A stretch of DNA of 64,000 bases, taken from positions 1,632,001 to 1,696,000 of the forward strand of contig OY968769.1 in the NCBI GenBank assembly GCA_963695345.1, given 5' to 3'. The stretch is from an uncultured Methanomassiliicoccales archaeon (GTDB lineage Archaea > Thermoplasmatota > Thermoplasmata > Methanomassiliicoccales > UBA472). Both the position numbers and the translations under genes were made by a program. This document shows, in pieces, positions 21,393 through 31,950 of the stretch; the stretch's first letter is position 1, and each line of letters opens with the position of its first letter. The notes under the pieces are model-generated. The model worked only from the letters and a program-made list of their open reading frames with translations, did no database searches and had not been told where the DNA came from.

Positions 21393-22181
21393 TCATCGAT
21401 CTTGGTGCATGGGACATTCCTGGTCCAGCCCGACCTCGAGCTCTTCGGCAGAACCGCTCAGTCCGTCGTAGAACATGACGTTCCTGATGCAATTCCCCTC
21501 CTTGCCGCTGACCAGCTTCAGGGCCTCCCTTACCTGGATGGCCGCCACAACGCTTGTGGTGGTTATCTCGGCGGGCATCTTCGGCTCGAAGTAACTGACA
21601 TCCGACCCAGTGCAGCTGAACCTCTTTTCCATGACCCGGTAATGGGAGCGGTTCATGGCGCATTGGAGGCATGGAGTGGATGGAGGGATCACCACCTGGA
21701 CCTTGCCTCTGAAACCGTTCGTTCCGCCGTCGACGTAGGGGACACGGGCCAGGTACGAATGGGAGTTGACATGCAGCCTGGCGGCGATGTTGTCCAGACA
21801 TCCCAAGACAAGATCGAACGAGCGGAACCGGTCCACATCGTACGTTTCAATTCGAGCGATCGATGGCACAATAACGGTAGTGGGGTCCAGTTCACTTGCC
21901 CTGACGGCAACCACATCCGCCTTCAGCAGTTTCGTCTCCGCATCTCCCTCCCGGAAGAATACGCAACGGTTGAGGTTGGACCTCACCACATGGTCCATAT
22001 CGACCAATTCAATGTTCTTGAATCCGGAAAGCACCAGGTCCTTGACCACCTCGTTCCCAAGTGCTCCGGCCCCCACGACCAGGCATCTCGCCCCCGTTAT
22101 CCGGTCCATATCCAACCAGGAGATCCGGCGGGAGCGCTCAAGGCGGTCCTCATCGAACATGCCCGGTCTCAGGTTCTCCAT
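21393..22181 (-). CDS. Ubiquitin-activating E1 / ThiF-family adenylyltransferase
   Basis: VVGAGALGNEVVKDLVLSG, DMDHVVRSNLNR, CLDNIAARLHVN, VDGGTNGFRGKVQVVIPPSTPCLQC, RFSCT, terminal CPMH; start assumed at ATG 22181 (ORF is open to 22502). Confidence 0.9.
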   Translation of the reverse strand: MENLRPGMFDEDRLERSRRISWLDMDRITGARCLVVGAGALGNEVVKDLVLSGFKNIELVDMDHVVRSNLNRCVFFREGDAETKLLKADVVAVRASELDPTTVIVPSIARIETYDVDRFRSFDLVLGCLDNIAARLHVNSHSYLARVPYVDGGTNGFRGKVQVVIPPSTPCLQCAMNRSHYRVMEKRFSCTGSDVSYFEPKMPAEITTTSVVAAIQVREALKLVSGKEGNCIRNVMFYDGLSGSAEELEVGLDQECPMHQDR

Positions 22182-22640
22182 CGGCCATGCGATTGGTCGG
22201 ATGGATAGATAAAACGATGAGGCCTGATTATGAAGAATGGTCAGATCATCGACGATGTTAGTTGGAGAATCATGCCGATCAAATGAAACGCATCGCATAT
22301 CATCGACAAGACCTTGAGGCCAGAATGCAGAGCGGCCGAATGAGACTCTTCCGAACGAACCTGCCGAGAGGCTGTCGGCAGGTCCGTGAACTGCATCAAA
22401 GTCCAAGAAAACATGAGACCGGGCCTTTAGTCGATGATGCCCTTGGAATGAGATAGATTCCAGGAACATCTTTCTTAGCCCTGGCTGTTCCCCGGTTTTC
22501 ATTCTTCCAATTGTAAAGTGACCACAACTTACCTAGTGTTCTCAAATAACCCTATATATTCAGAGAGGTTAGGCCCGAAACAATAGGACGGGTGTAACCC
22601 TGGCTAGGTGCCGGGACATCCGTCAAGGGATGGAACGGCC

Positions 22641-23782
22641 ATGGCAGTCGCAGACACAACTGAATGGATAATATTCATAGTTAGCATCGCTGGCTCTCCT
22701 GATTCTGGACCTGGCGGTCTTCAACCGAAAGGCCCATGTAATCAAACCAAAAGAGGCGCTGATGCAGGCCGCCTTCTTCATCAGTGCTGCCGTCGTGTTC
22801 AACATCTGGATATACATCTCGATGGGGTCCACGAGCGGGTCTTGAGTTCACCACTGGCTACGTCATGGAGCTCATGCTCAGCGTGGACAACCTGTTCGTC
22901 ATCATCCTGATCCTCACATCCTTCTGCGTTCCAGCGAAGGACCAGCACAAGGTCCTGTTCTGGGGCATCCTGGGCGCTCTGGTGTTCAGGCTGGCCTTCA
23001 TCGTGGTCGGCGTGGCTCTGGTCGAGCAGTTCTCGTTCGTCCTCTATCTCTTCGGCGCTTTCCTGGTATACACCGGCATCAAGATGGTCGTCAAGAGGGA
23101 GAAGGAGTCGGTCGAGCCCGAGCACAATCCCATGGTGCGGTTCTTCCGCCGGTTCATGCACGTGACCAAGGGATACGAGGGCGACAAGTTCTTCGTCCGG
23201 AGACCGAACGCGAAGGGCAGGAAGATCCTCTGGGCCACCCCGATGTTCATCGCTCTGCTGGTGATCGAGAGCACGGACATAGTCTTCGCCGTTGACTCGA
23301 TACCGGCGATCCTCGGAATCACCACCACGACCTTCATCGTCTTCAGCTCCAACGCGTTCGCCATCCTCGGCCTGAGGTCGCTGTATTTCTCGCTGTCGCA
23401 CATCATGAACCTGTTCTGCTACCTGAAGTACGCACTCGCTGGCATCCTGACCTTCGTCGGTGTCAAGATGCTCGTGGTCGACTATGTGCACGTACCGGTG
23501 ATCGTCTCCCTCGCCGTGATCGTCCTGATCCTCGTCGTGGCCATCGTCGCCTCGGTGATGAAGAACAGGCGCACCGGCACCTGCGCAGTGGTCTCTGAGG
23601 TGCAGGGGGAGACCTGTCCGGCCCTGAAACAGCTACAGGACTCTGAGGTGGGAGAGAGCAAGGATGTCGTTCCATCCTTGAATCCTGCCGATGGGTGTGG
23701 GCCAGATGGGAGTGCGGAAGCCTGCCCCTCATTGAAGGAGCTTAGAGAAACCGAGGAGAAGTATCACCCACGTGACAAGTGA
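22641..23782 (+). CDS. TerC/Alx-family membrane protein (two 5' frameshifts)
   Basis: ELMLSVDNLFV, QHKVLFWGILGALVFR, DIVFAVDSIPA, SNAFAILGLRSLYF; N-terminus reconstructed from ATG 22641. Confidence 0.88.
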
Positions 23783-23937
23783 TCTGCGTTCGGGGTCATT
23801 CCATTGTCCTGACTGATTGGGCGTTCCTGTCGATAGGTTAGGTGATTCAGAAGTCTGACCACCTCGACATCATTTTTCTATCGGTTTCGCGCAATCCTTT
23901 TTACCCTCCGAACCATTCTCCGCCCGCTGGTAGGCAA

Positions 23938-25059
23938 ATGGAAAAGGACTTCAAGGTCACCCCCTGGGAAGTGACGGGCGACATCGATTACGACGAGCTT
24001 ATCGTCCGCTTCGGCACGAAGCGCATCGACGATGACATGCTAGCCCGGCTCTCGAAGTACGGCGAGCTGCACCCGATGCTGAAACGCGGCATCGTCTACT
24101 CGCAGCGGGACCTGGAATGGATACTGAACGAGTACGACAAGGGCAACAAGTTCTTCCTCTACACCGGGCGTGGACCGTCCGGGCACACCCATCTCGGCCA
24201 TCTGATGCCCTGGATGTTCACCAAGTACCTGCAGGACACCTTCGGCTCGAACCTCTATTTCCAGATGACCGACGACGAGAAGTACCTGTTCAACGAGAAC
24301 CTCCAGCTGGAGGACACGAGGAGGATGGCCTACGAGAACGCCCTCGATGTCATCGCCCTCGGGTTCGATATCAACAAGACCAAGATCATGGTGGACACCG
24401 AGGTCATCAAGACGCTCTACCCGCTGGCGCTCAAGGTCGCCAAGCGCATCACCTTCTCCACCGCCAAGGCGGCGTTCGGCTTCGATAACAGTACCAACAT
24501 CGGTTCCATCTACTACACCGCCATGCAGGCCGCGCCGTGCTTCATCGAGAACGCGCTGTACGGTAAGAACACGCCCTGCCTGATCCCCTGTGGCATCGAC
24601 CAGGATCCGCACTTCCGGCTCACCAGGGATGTAGCGCCGCTCTTGGGCTACTACAAGCCAGCGCTGATCCATAACAAGATGTTTCCCGGGCTGACCGGTA
24701 GTGACAAGATGTCGTCATCCCAGCCTAATTCGACCATTTACACCACCGACAACGCCAAGGCGATAAAGAAGAAGGTCGGCACGGCGTTCACCGGCGGGGC
24801 GGTCTCGGTCGAGGAGCAGCGCAAGACCGGCGGCAAGCCCGAGGTCTGCTCCGTGTTCAAGTACCAGTACTATCTGTTCGAAAAGAACGACAAGGCCATG
24901 GACGACCTCTCGGAGAAGTGCCGCAAGGGAGAGATCCTGTGCGGCGAGTGCAAGATGATGCTGGCTGATAAGATCGTCAAGTTCCTCGAGGTCCACCAGC
25001 AGAAGCGCGAGGAAGCGAAGGATAAGATCGAGGACTTCATGATGAAGGCACCATGTTGA
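23938..25059 (+). CDS. trpS: Tryptophanyl-tRNA synthetase
   Basis: VTPWEV, YTGRGPSGHTHLGH, GIDQDPHFR, KMSSS. Confidence 0.96.
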   Translation: MEKDFKVTPWEVTGDIDYDELIVRFGTKRIDDDMLARLSKYGELHPMLKRGIVYSQRDLEWILNEYDKGNKFFLYTGRGPSGHTHLGHLMPWMFTKYLQDTFGSNLYFQMTDDEKYLFNENLQLEDTRRMAYENALDVIALGFDINKTKIMVDTEVIKTLYPLALKVAKRITFSTAKAAFGFDNSTNIGSIYYTAMQAAPCFIENALYGKNTPCLIPCGIDQDPHFRLTRDVAPLLGYYKPALIHNKMFPGLTGSDKMSSSQPNSTIYTTDNAKAIKKKVGTAFTGGAVSVEEQRKTGGKPEVCSVFKYQYYLFEKNDKAMDDLSEKCRKGEILCGECKMMLADKIVKFLEVHQQKREEAKDKIEDFMMKAPC

Positions 25060-25433
25060 ACCTGGAACCGATCGGCTATGTCCGCAACGACATCGAGGCG
25101 AGCACGGACTTCTCCGATGTATTCTCAGAGATAGTCATCCGGGAGGATCTGACCGAGGGGCTATACCGCCTCGAGGAGTCAAAGGACATTGACATAATCT
25201 TCTGGTTCGACCGGAGCCTCCCGGTACGTATGAAGCTGCACCCGAAGGGCAACCCCAGGAATCCGCTGGTCGGGGTGTTCGCCTCGCGCAGCCCCAACCG
25301 CCCGAACCCCATCGGTGTGACCAGGGTGCAACTGATCGCGATAATGGGCAACATTCTGACCGTCAAAGGCCTGGACGCGTTCAACGGTACTCCGGTACTC
25401 GATATCAAGCCGGCAACAAACGGCCGGCAATAG
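25053..25433 (+). CDS. tsaA: TrmO/TsaA-like SAM-dependent tRNA methyltransferase
   Basis: GVFASRSPNRPNPIG, GLDAFNGTPVLDIKP. Confidence 0.9.
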   Translation: MLNLEPIGYVRNDIEASTDFSDVFSEIVIREDLTEGLYRLEESKDIDIIFWFDRSLPVRMKLHPKGNPRNPLVGVFASRSPNRPNPIGVTRVQLIAIMGNILTVKGLDAFNGTPVLDIKPATNGRQ

Positions 25434-25472
25434 ACAAACTGTCAAATAGAGAGGAGTTTTTTCCTCTCGCAT

Positions 25473-26994
25473 ATGAACGCCAAGGAGATCCTCGAAGGCC
25501 TGAGCTACCAAGAGAAACGGGTGCTGCTCACGCTGAACCAGCTGAACGGCAACGCATCGCCGGAAAGGATCTTCGAGGCCGGCCAGTTCGAACAGCTGGT
25601 CGAGGTCATGAACGCCTCCTCGTGGCTCCAGGCAAAAGGCCTGGTCACGGTCAAGGAGAGCGCCAGGAAATGCTACTCGCTCAAGGCCAAGGACATTAAC
25701 GCGGTCGGACTTCCGGAGCGCCGGGCGCTTGAACCACCTGGCAACGGTCAACGGGACCGCCTCATTGAAGGAACTCGAGGCCCACATCACGCCTGAGGTG
25801 TCATCGCTGGCCGTCGGCTGGCTGAAGCGGAAGGGGCTGGCCAACATCGACAAGTCGTCTGGGCAGCCGACGATCACGTTGACAGAGCTGGGAAGGAAGC
25901 ATATCACCGGCGACATGGCCGACGAGATGCTCCTCAAGATTCTGGAGGAACGCGACCTCTTCGAGGACGAGGCGGACAAGAACATCATCGCCCAGCTCAA
26001 GTCCAGACAGGACATCATATCTGAGAAGCTGGTCATCTCCAGGGAGCTGATCATGGCCGAGGCGGGCAAGGAAGTGATATCGCTCGGCATCGAGCTCACC
26101 CAGGAGGTCGCCCAGCTCACCCCGGAAATGATTCAGTCCGGCAAGTGGAAAGAGGTCCAGTTCCGGAAATACGATATCCGGACATTCGCCTCCGCCGTCT
26201 ACCCGGCCAAGAAGCATCCCCTCACCCGCATAGCGGACGAGGTGCGCCGCATCTTCATTGAGATGGGATTCAACGAGATCGACGACGAGTACGTTCAGCC
26301 GGCGTTCTGGAACATGGACGCGCTGTTCACTCCGCAGGACCACCCGGCCCGCGACCTCCAGGATACATTCTATCTGAAGAACCCATCCAGGCTTGACCTG
26401 GACGAGGAAATGGTGGTGGAAAAGGTCAAGCAGATGCATGAGAACGGCGGCGATACCGGCTCTCTCGGCTGGCGCTACAAGTGGTCCCGGAACGAGGCGG
26501 AAAGGGCGCTGCTCAGGACCCACACCACGGTCAACTCGGTCCGTTACCTGGCCAAGCATCCGGAACCGCCGGCCAAGCTGTTCTCCATAAGCCGCATCTT
26601 CCGGAACGAATCGATCGACATGACCCACCTTCCGGAGTTCGTCCAGATCGAGGGCATCATCATGGAGGAGGATGCCAGCTTCGACATGCTGGTCGCCGTC
26701 CTCAAGGACTTCTACCACAGGATGGGCTTCGACACGGTGCGCGTAAGACCGGGTCCGTTCCCGTATACCGAACCGTCGCTCGAGGTGGACATCTACTACA
26801 ACGGCACATGGATGGAGCTCGGCGGCGCCGGAGTTTTCCGCCCAGAGGTCACCGCTCCCCTAGGGATCCACCATCCGGTACTGGCATGGGGTCTAGGCTT
26901 CGAGCGGCTGGCAATGCTCCGCTACGGCCTGAAGGATATCCGGGAGCTTTACGCCACGGACATGGACACGCTGAGGCAGAGCCCTATCATTTGA
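25473..26994 (+). CDS. pheS: Phenylalanyl-tRNA synthetase alpha subunit (frameshift near 25730)
   Basis: FWNMDALFTPQDHPARDLQDTF, LLRTHTT, FPYTEPS, WGLGFERLAM. Confidence 0.95.
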
Positions 26995-28252
26995 GCTTGG
27001 CCTTCTTGACGTACTCGGCCGACTTGTCGGCCATGCCGATGGACTGGTAGGCCTCGGACATGCATCGGTAGATACGGCTTTTGTCCCCCGGCCTTGCCAA
27101 TCCCAGGGCCTTGCTCAGGTACCGGATGGCCTCGTGGCCGTTTCCCGATCGGTTCAAGACGCTTCCCAATTGGAAATAGACCATTTCCAGATTCTCCGGG
27201 TCCATGCCCTTGAGGCCGTTTGCCACGATCTTGTCGAGGCACTGACGGGCCTCCTCGAACCGTCTTAACCTGGTCAGCGCCTCCGAATAATCGCACTCCA
27301 GTTTCGGGTCGGTCAGCGGAGTCATCGATCTTGCCGCTAGGTATGCGGCTATGCTTTCCTCCAGATCGCCCCGGTCCATCAGGGTGCGGGCTTTCAGGCA
27401 CACTCCCGCCCTTCTGTCAGCCTCTTCGGTCATGCCCATCAGCTTGTTTGCCGATGCCAGCGCCTTGTCGAATTGCATCGACCCGCGTGCCGCCTCCCCC
27501 TGTGCGGAGTATACACGGGACGCGTACCGTTCCGCTGGGGCGGTGATGACGGAAACGAGGTCGTACAGGTCCTTGTCCGGACTGGTCAGCAGTTCCGGGC
27601 CCTTCGAGGCGACCATCATCTCCGCCTCCTTTACCCGGCCTGAATGCACCAGATGGTATAGCCTTTCGCGGTTGTTGCCTTCCTTCAGCCAATAGTCGGC
27701 GGCAAAACTATGGTATTGCCTGAGCTCCGAATTTTGGGCCAGCACTGGTATGGACGTCCGCAGGGTTTCCGGGATGTCCACCATGCCGTTCTTGTCCTCG
27801 GGCAGCAATGAGATGCTGGTCACAGGTAACGATGACCGTTTGAACGGTGATCTGAACACGCACGCTTGGGCGAGGATCGGACGGAATCCCGGGTCCAGGG
27901 ATTCCCACAGCTCAGGTCCCAGGCACTTCTTAAGGTCCAGGAGGGGTCTTATCTGGATGCCTTCCCTGTCGGCGTAGGCTCGAAGGCTGTTCGCCTTGTC
28001 CTCTCCTGGCCTGTTGAGGTAGTACACCTTCCTCTTGGTGTTGCCCCTGCGGATGTGGGCGATCCTTTCGTCCACCAGTGCCGATTCCTTCAGCTTCTTC
28101 AGTTCGATGGCGGCGTGCGCCCTCGATATGCGTAGGGCTTCGGCGATGCCGTCCTGGCTTACATCAACGGGCGCGTCGAAGTCATCCTTGAACTTTGAAT
28201 ACTGAGCAAGATGGAGGATTATCCTCTCGCCGATTGTGACAGGGCTCGGCAT
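26987..28252 (-). CDS. Winged-helix + TPR-repeat protein
   Basis: N-terminal HTH (SQDGIAEALRISRAHAAIELKKL); C-terminal TPR-like helices (YFQLGSVL..EAIRYLSKAL). Confidence 0.7.
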   Translation of the reverse strand: MPSPVTIGERIILHLAQYSKFKDDFDAPVDVSQDGIAEALRISRAHAAIELKKLKESALVDERIAHIRRGNTKRKVYYLNRPGEDKANSLRAYADREGIQIRPLLDLKKCLGPELWESLDPGFRPILAQACVFRSPFKRSSLPVTSISLLPEDKNGMVDIPETLRTSIPVLAQNSELRQYHSFAADYWLKEGNNRERLYHLVHSGRVKEAEMMVASKGPELLTSPDKDLYDLVSVITAPAERYASRVYSAQGEAARGSMQFDKALASANKLMGMTEEADRRAGVCLKARTLMDRGDLEESIAAYLAARSMTPLTDPKLECDYSEALTRLRRFEEARQCLDKIVANGLKGMDPENLEMVYFQLGSVLNRSGNGHEAIRYLSKALGLARPGDKSRIYRCMSEAYQSIGMADKSAEYVKKAKLK

Positions 28253-28370
28253 GTTAATCGAATTCGAAAAATGTTATTTCAGCCTATGTCGCTGATTATT
28301 ACATTAAGACTACAAGTCCGCCCCATCGGATTAGAAAGGTTATTCTCGGAGGAACGTTTGATGTCTCCTC

Positions 28371-29201
28371 ATGAGGCTCTTTGTATGCAGCTTGGAAGAC
28401 GTTGCCAGCGTTAACATCAGGGACAGGCTGCTAGAGAAAGGTGATTTCGAGGTGAGGGGCGAATATGAGGGTAACCTCGTCAAATGCATCGGCGACACCG
28501 CGATGATCACCATCAGGGAGAAGCATCTTTTCGCGGACAATCTCGACCAACAGGTCATGGACCGTCTCCACATCAAGGTCGATGAGGTCGTGTTCCTTTC
28601 CAAGCACCGCTCCGAGTCCAAGATCCCTACCTTGACCGTGCATCCCATCGGCAACTACGGCAACGCCGAGTTCGGAGGCAAGAAGGGCACACTGGTCCGG
28701 TCCGCCCCGCACCTGATGACCTCTCTCTTACGGGGCCTCAAGGTCAACGCGGCGGAACTGCCTTTCCAGGTATCGTTCGAGACCACCCACCACGGTCCTA
28801 TTCTGAAGAAACCAACGCTATTCATCGAGATCGGCAGCGACAAGACCAACTGGGAGAACCAGCGCGCCGCCCAGGTGATAGCGAAAACGCTTCTCGAAGT
28901 GGACGTCCAGGAGCACCCGGTCGCCATCGGCATCGGGGGTGGTCATTACGCTCCGAGGTTCACCGAGATCGCCCTGTCGAAGAAGATATCGTTCGGCCAT
29001 CTGTTCCCGAACTATGCCATGGAAGGCATGACCGAGGAGAGGTTCAGGGAAACGGTGGTTGCCGCGGCGAACGCAAGCTCGGCAACGCTGGCCTACATTC
29101 ACAAGAAGTCCATGCCGAAGGCGAAGGCCAACCGTATCAAGGAGATCGCCGAGTCATGCGGTCTCAAGGTGGTCGAGAGCGCCGACCTGGAAGACCTGTG
29201 A
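28371..29201 (+). CDS. dtdA: D-aminoacyl-tRNA deacylase (archaeal DTD2)
   Basis: FLSKHRS, LTVHPIGN, ETTHHGP, IEIGS, GGGHYAP. Confidence 0.92.
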   Translation: MRLFVCSLEDVASVNIRDRLLEKGDFEVRGEYEGNLVKCIGDTAMITIREKHLFADNLDQQVMDRLHIKVDEVVFLSKHRSESKIPTLTVHPIGNYGNAEFGGKKGTLVRSAPHLMTSLLRGLKVNAAELPFQVSFETTHHGPILKKPTLFIEIGSDKTNWENQRAAQVIAKTLLEVDVQEHPVAIGIGGGHYAPRFTEIALSKKISFGHLFPNYAMEGMTEERFRETVVAAANASSATLAYIHKKSMPKAKANRIKEIAESCGLKVVESADLEDL

Positions 29202-29205
29202 AGGT

Positions 29206-29913
29206 TCAGTCCAGTTCCGCCCCGCAGATGGGGCACTCGTCCCAGCTGGATTTGACCTGAGCGCCGCATTTCGGGCATTTCAGGCCCTTGCCCTTGGGCT
29301 TCTCGGGGGGCAGGACATACTCCTTCTCTTCCTTTGACTCCCTGCTTTTTGCCCACCGTTCCGGTAGCTCGCTCTCCTCCTCGTCCCTCATGACGTCGGC
29401 GAAAAGCGTCAGGGAACCGGCGATCGCCAATACCGCCCCGAAAACGGAAAGGAATGCTCCCGGTCCGTACGTCCCGTCGTTCCCGGCCGGTCCGATCACC
29501 AGGTCCTGAAGCCAGAATATCGATATCACCGATAGCAGCGACGTCGTCACCGCCAGCACCAGCGTGACCAAGGCGACCTCCCGCTTCCACCTTCCCTCGA
29601 CAATGGTCCGGGAGAGCTGGGCGACCGACGAAACGGCCAAGGCGATGCCGCCGAACGGCATGATCCACAACACGCCATAGTTACCGGAGAGACGGACCAG
29701 GTCAATGAAGTAACGGTGATCGACGGAATTATCGTCCATCTTGATGCCGGCCCAGCTGACCGCCGCCGACAAAGCGAAGAGCACGCCGGCAAAAATGCAG
29801 AAGGCGACACCCACCAAAAGGGCGTCCTGGTAGGTCGAGTGCGGGCGCTTGGCCTTCTCTATCCTTTTCTCAAGCTTTCGTTCCTTGGAATCGGAGCCCC
29901 CACCTAGCCTCAT
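29206..29913 (-). CDS. Membrane protein with C-terminal zinc ribbon
   Basis: 4 TM segments, then CPKCG...CPICG. Confidence 0.7.
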   Translation of the reverse strand: MRLGGGSDSKERKLEKRIEKAKRPHSTYQDALLVGVAFCIFAGVLFALSAAVSWAGIKMDDNSVDHRYFIDLVRLSGNYGVLWIMPFGGIALAVSSVAQLSRTIVEGRWKREVALVTLVLAVTTSLLSVISIFWLQDLVIGPAGNDGTYGPGAFLSVFGAVLAIAGSLTLFADVMRDEEESELPERWAKSRESKEEKEYVLPPEKPKGKGLKCPKCGAQVKSSWDECPICGAELD

Positions 29914-29954
29914 AACAAACAGGCATGCGCTCCCAGGCCAATAATGTTATGCCA

Positions 29955-30639
29955 CTAATCCGTGACCAGCGTACCCTTGATCTTCCCGCCCTGGATGGCG
30001 GCCCTCATCTCCTCGATGTTCCGGCCGTTTATGATAAGGATCGGTATGTTCCTCCGGGCAGCGATGGACGCTCCCAGCGGATCGAAGACGTGCGAGGGGC
30101 CGGCGCGATGCATCCCATGGCTGACCAGCAGGTCCAGTTCCGAATGGGTGATGGTGTGCAGACGCTTCGCGTCCTTGACCATTCTCGGGTCGGCGGTGAA
30201 CGCCGCGTCCACCGATGTCCCGTTGACGATCCTGACCGCTCCGACCTTCTCCGCCAGCATGGCGCTGACCGCGTCGGTCGTATGGCCCGGGACGGTTCCG
30301 CCCATGACCACGATCTTGCCTCCCTTCGAGGCTTTCTCCGCATCTTCGATGGTGGCCGGGATGTGATCGATCGCCAGGTCGCCCAACGAGAGCGCCACAA
30401 GCTTGGCATTGATCCGGGTGGTCATTATGCCGAGCTCATCCAGCTCGATGCTCGCTGGCCCCGATGCCGCGGCCAGTGGTGATGTAGTAGCGGGCCACCT
30501 TACCTCCGCCGCATACCAGGAGCAAACGGTATTCAGAAGACAGTTCCTTCAATAAGCTGGAAAGTACGGACAGGTGATCGGCGTCCTCCTCATCGGGGAT
30601 CAGAACCGAACCGCCCAACGAAACAACGACAGTATCCAT
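29955..30639 (-). CDS. pyrH: UMP kinase (frameshift near 30440)
   Basis: VVSLGGS, CGGGKVAR, GGTVPGHTTDAV, ADPR, FDPLG. Confidence 0.92.
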
Positions 30640-30704
30640 GTGGGCACCAACAGCTTTATGTGGGTAATTGTTACTGCTAGAAAAAACCATAGGTTGTCAT
30701 AGAA

Positions 30705-31950
30705 ATGCAAGTTGACATTCAAGGGGAGCAGCTCTCCGACCGCCAGAAGTACGACTTCAAAAGGGCGCTGGAAGAGATAAGGACCCTCAAGGGAAGGGGC
30801 ACCGAGCTGATCTCTGTTTACGTTCCGCCGAACAAGCAGATATCCGACGTTGCCGCATACCTGCGAGAGGAGTTCTCACAGTCATCGAACATTAAGTCCC
30901 AGGGGACCAGGAAGAACGTCCAGGGAGCCATCCAATCGATTCTGGCGAGGCTCAAGTACTTCAAGGCCCCGCCGGCCAACGGGGTCATTTTCTTCGTCGG
31001 CGAGGTCGCCGCCAGCGGTGACCAGACAAGGATGGTGCAGTACGTCCTGGAGCCGCCAGAACCTATCACCACCTTCCTGTACCGATGCGACTCGGACTTC
31101 TACCTCGAGCCCCTGTCCGACATGCTCCTGGAGAAGAAGGTCTACGGACTGATTGTCATCGACCGGAGCGAAGCCACGCTGGGGCTGTCTGCGCGGCAAG
31201 AAGATAACCGTCATCCGCAACTTCGCCTCGCTGGTGCCTTCCAAGCACCGAATGGGAGGTCAGTCGGCACAGAGGTTCGAGCGTCTGATCGAGATATCCG
31301 CCAACGAGTTCTACAAGAAGGTGGCGGACATCGCCACCGAATCTTTCTACAACCTGGACGGTCTTCAGGGCATCCTCATCGGAGGTCCCGGTCCGACCAA
31401 GGACTACTTCAACACCGAAGGTTACCTGCATCACGAGCTGCAGAAGCGAGTGGTCGATACCTTCGATATCGGTTACACCGACGAGTATGGTCTGAAGGAG
31501 CTCGTCGACAAGGCCAAGGACCGCCTGCTGGACATGGACCTGATGCGCGAGAAGCGCCTGATTCTGCGTCTCCTGGAAGAGATCCGGAAGAACGAGGGTT
31601 CATTGGCGACCTATGGTGAGGACCAGGTTCGCGCGGCCATCAAGATCGGGGCGGTCGAGGTGCTCCTCCTTTCGGAAGGCATCAGGAAGCGCCGCCTGAC
31701 GATCGAATGCGCGTCCTGCGGTACAGTGTCGGAGATGACCGTTTCCGAAGTGCCCAGCATCGTCCAGTGCCCCAAGTGCCATGTCAACGCCGGGGTGACC
31801 AAGAACATGGACATAGTGGATGACCTGTTCGAGCAGGCGGAATCTATGGGCACTAAAGTGGAGCTAATATCCAGCGACTCTGAGGAAGGGGACATGTTGC
31901 TGAAGGCGTTCGGCGGGATCGCCGCCCTGCTCCGATATTCGACCGGGTGA
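30705..31950 (+). CDS. prf1: Peptide chain release factor aRF1 (frameshift near 31188)
   Basis: [15 protein letters not shown] (NIKS), [19 protein letters not shown]. Confidence 0.95.

Noticed and set aside
21304-21801. N-terminal 166 codons of ORF 21061-21801 as part of the Ubl
   Set aside because: Most of it is an alternative frame of the E1 gene; only the last 80 codons look like protein.
22182-22502. N-terminal extension of the E1
   Set aside because: Composition is not protein-like and there are no motifs; probably an open intergenic frame, though a longer start is not excluded.
29206-29300. Zinc-binding domain as the missing RING E3
   Set aside because: Only two CxxC pairs (a zinc ribbon), not the eight-ligand RING pattern, and it is 7 kb from the cluster.
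31170-31210. Programmed autoregulatory frameshift in the release factor gene, by analogy to bacterial prfB
   Set aside because: No in-frame stop or slippery site at the shift. It looks like one extra base, like the indels in neighbouring essential genes.
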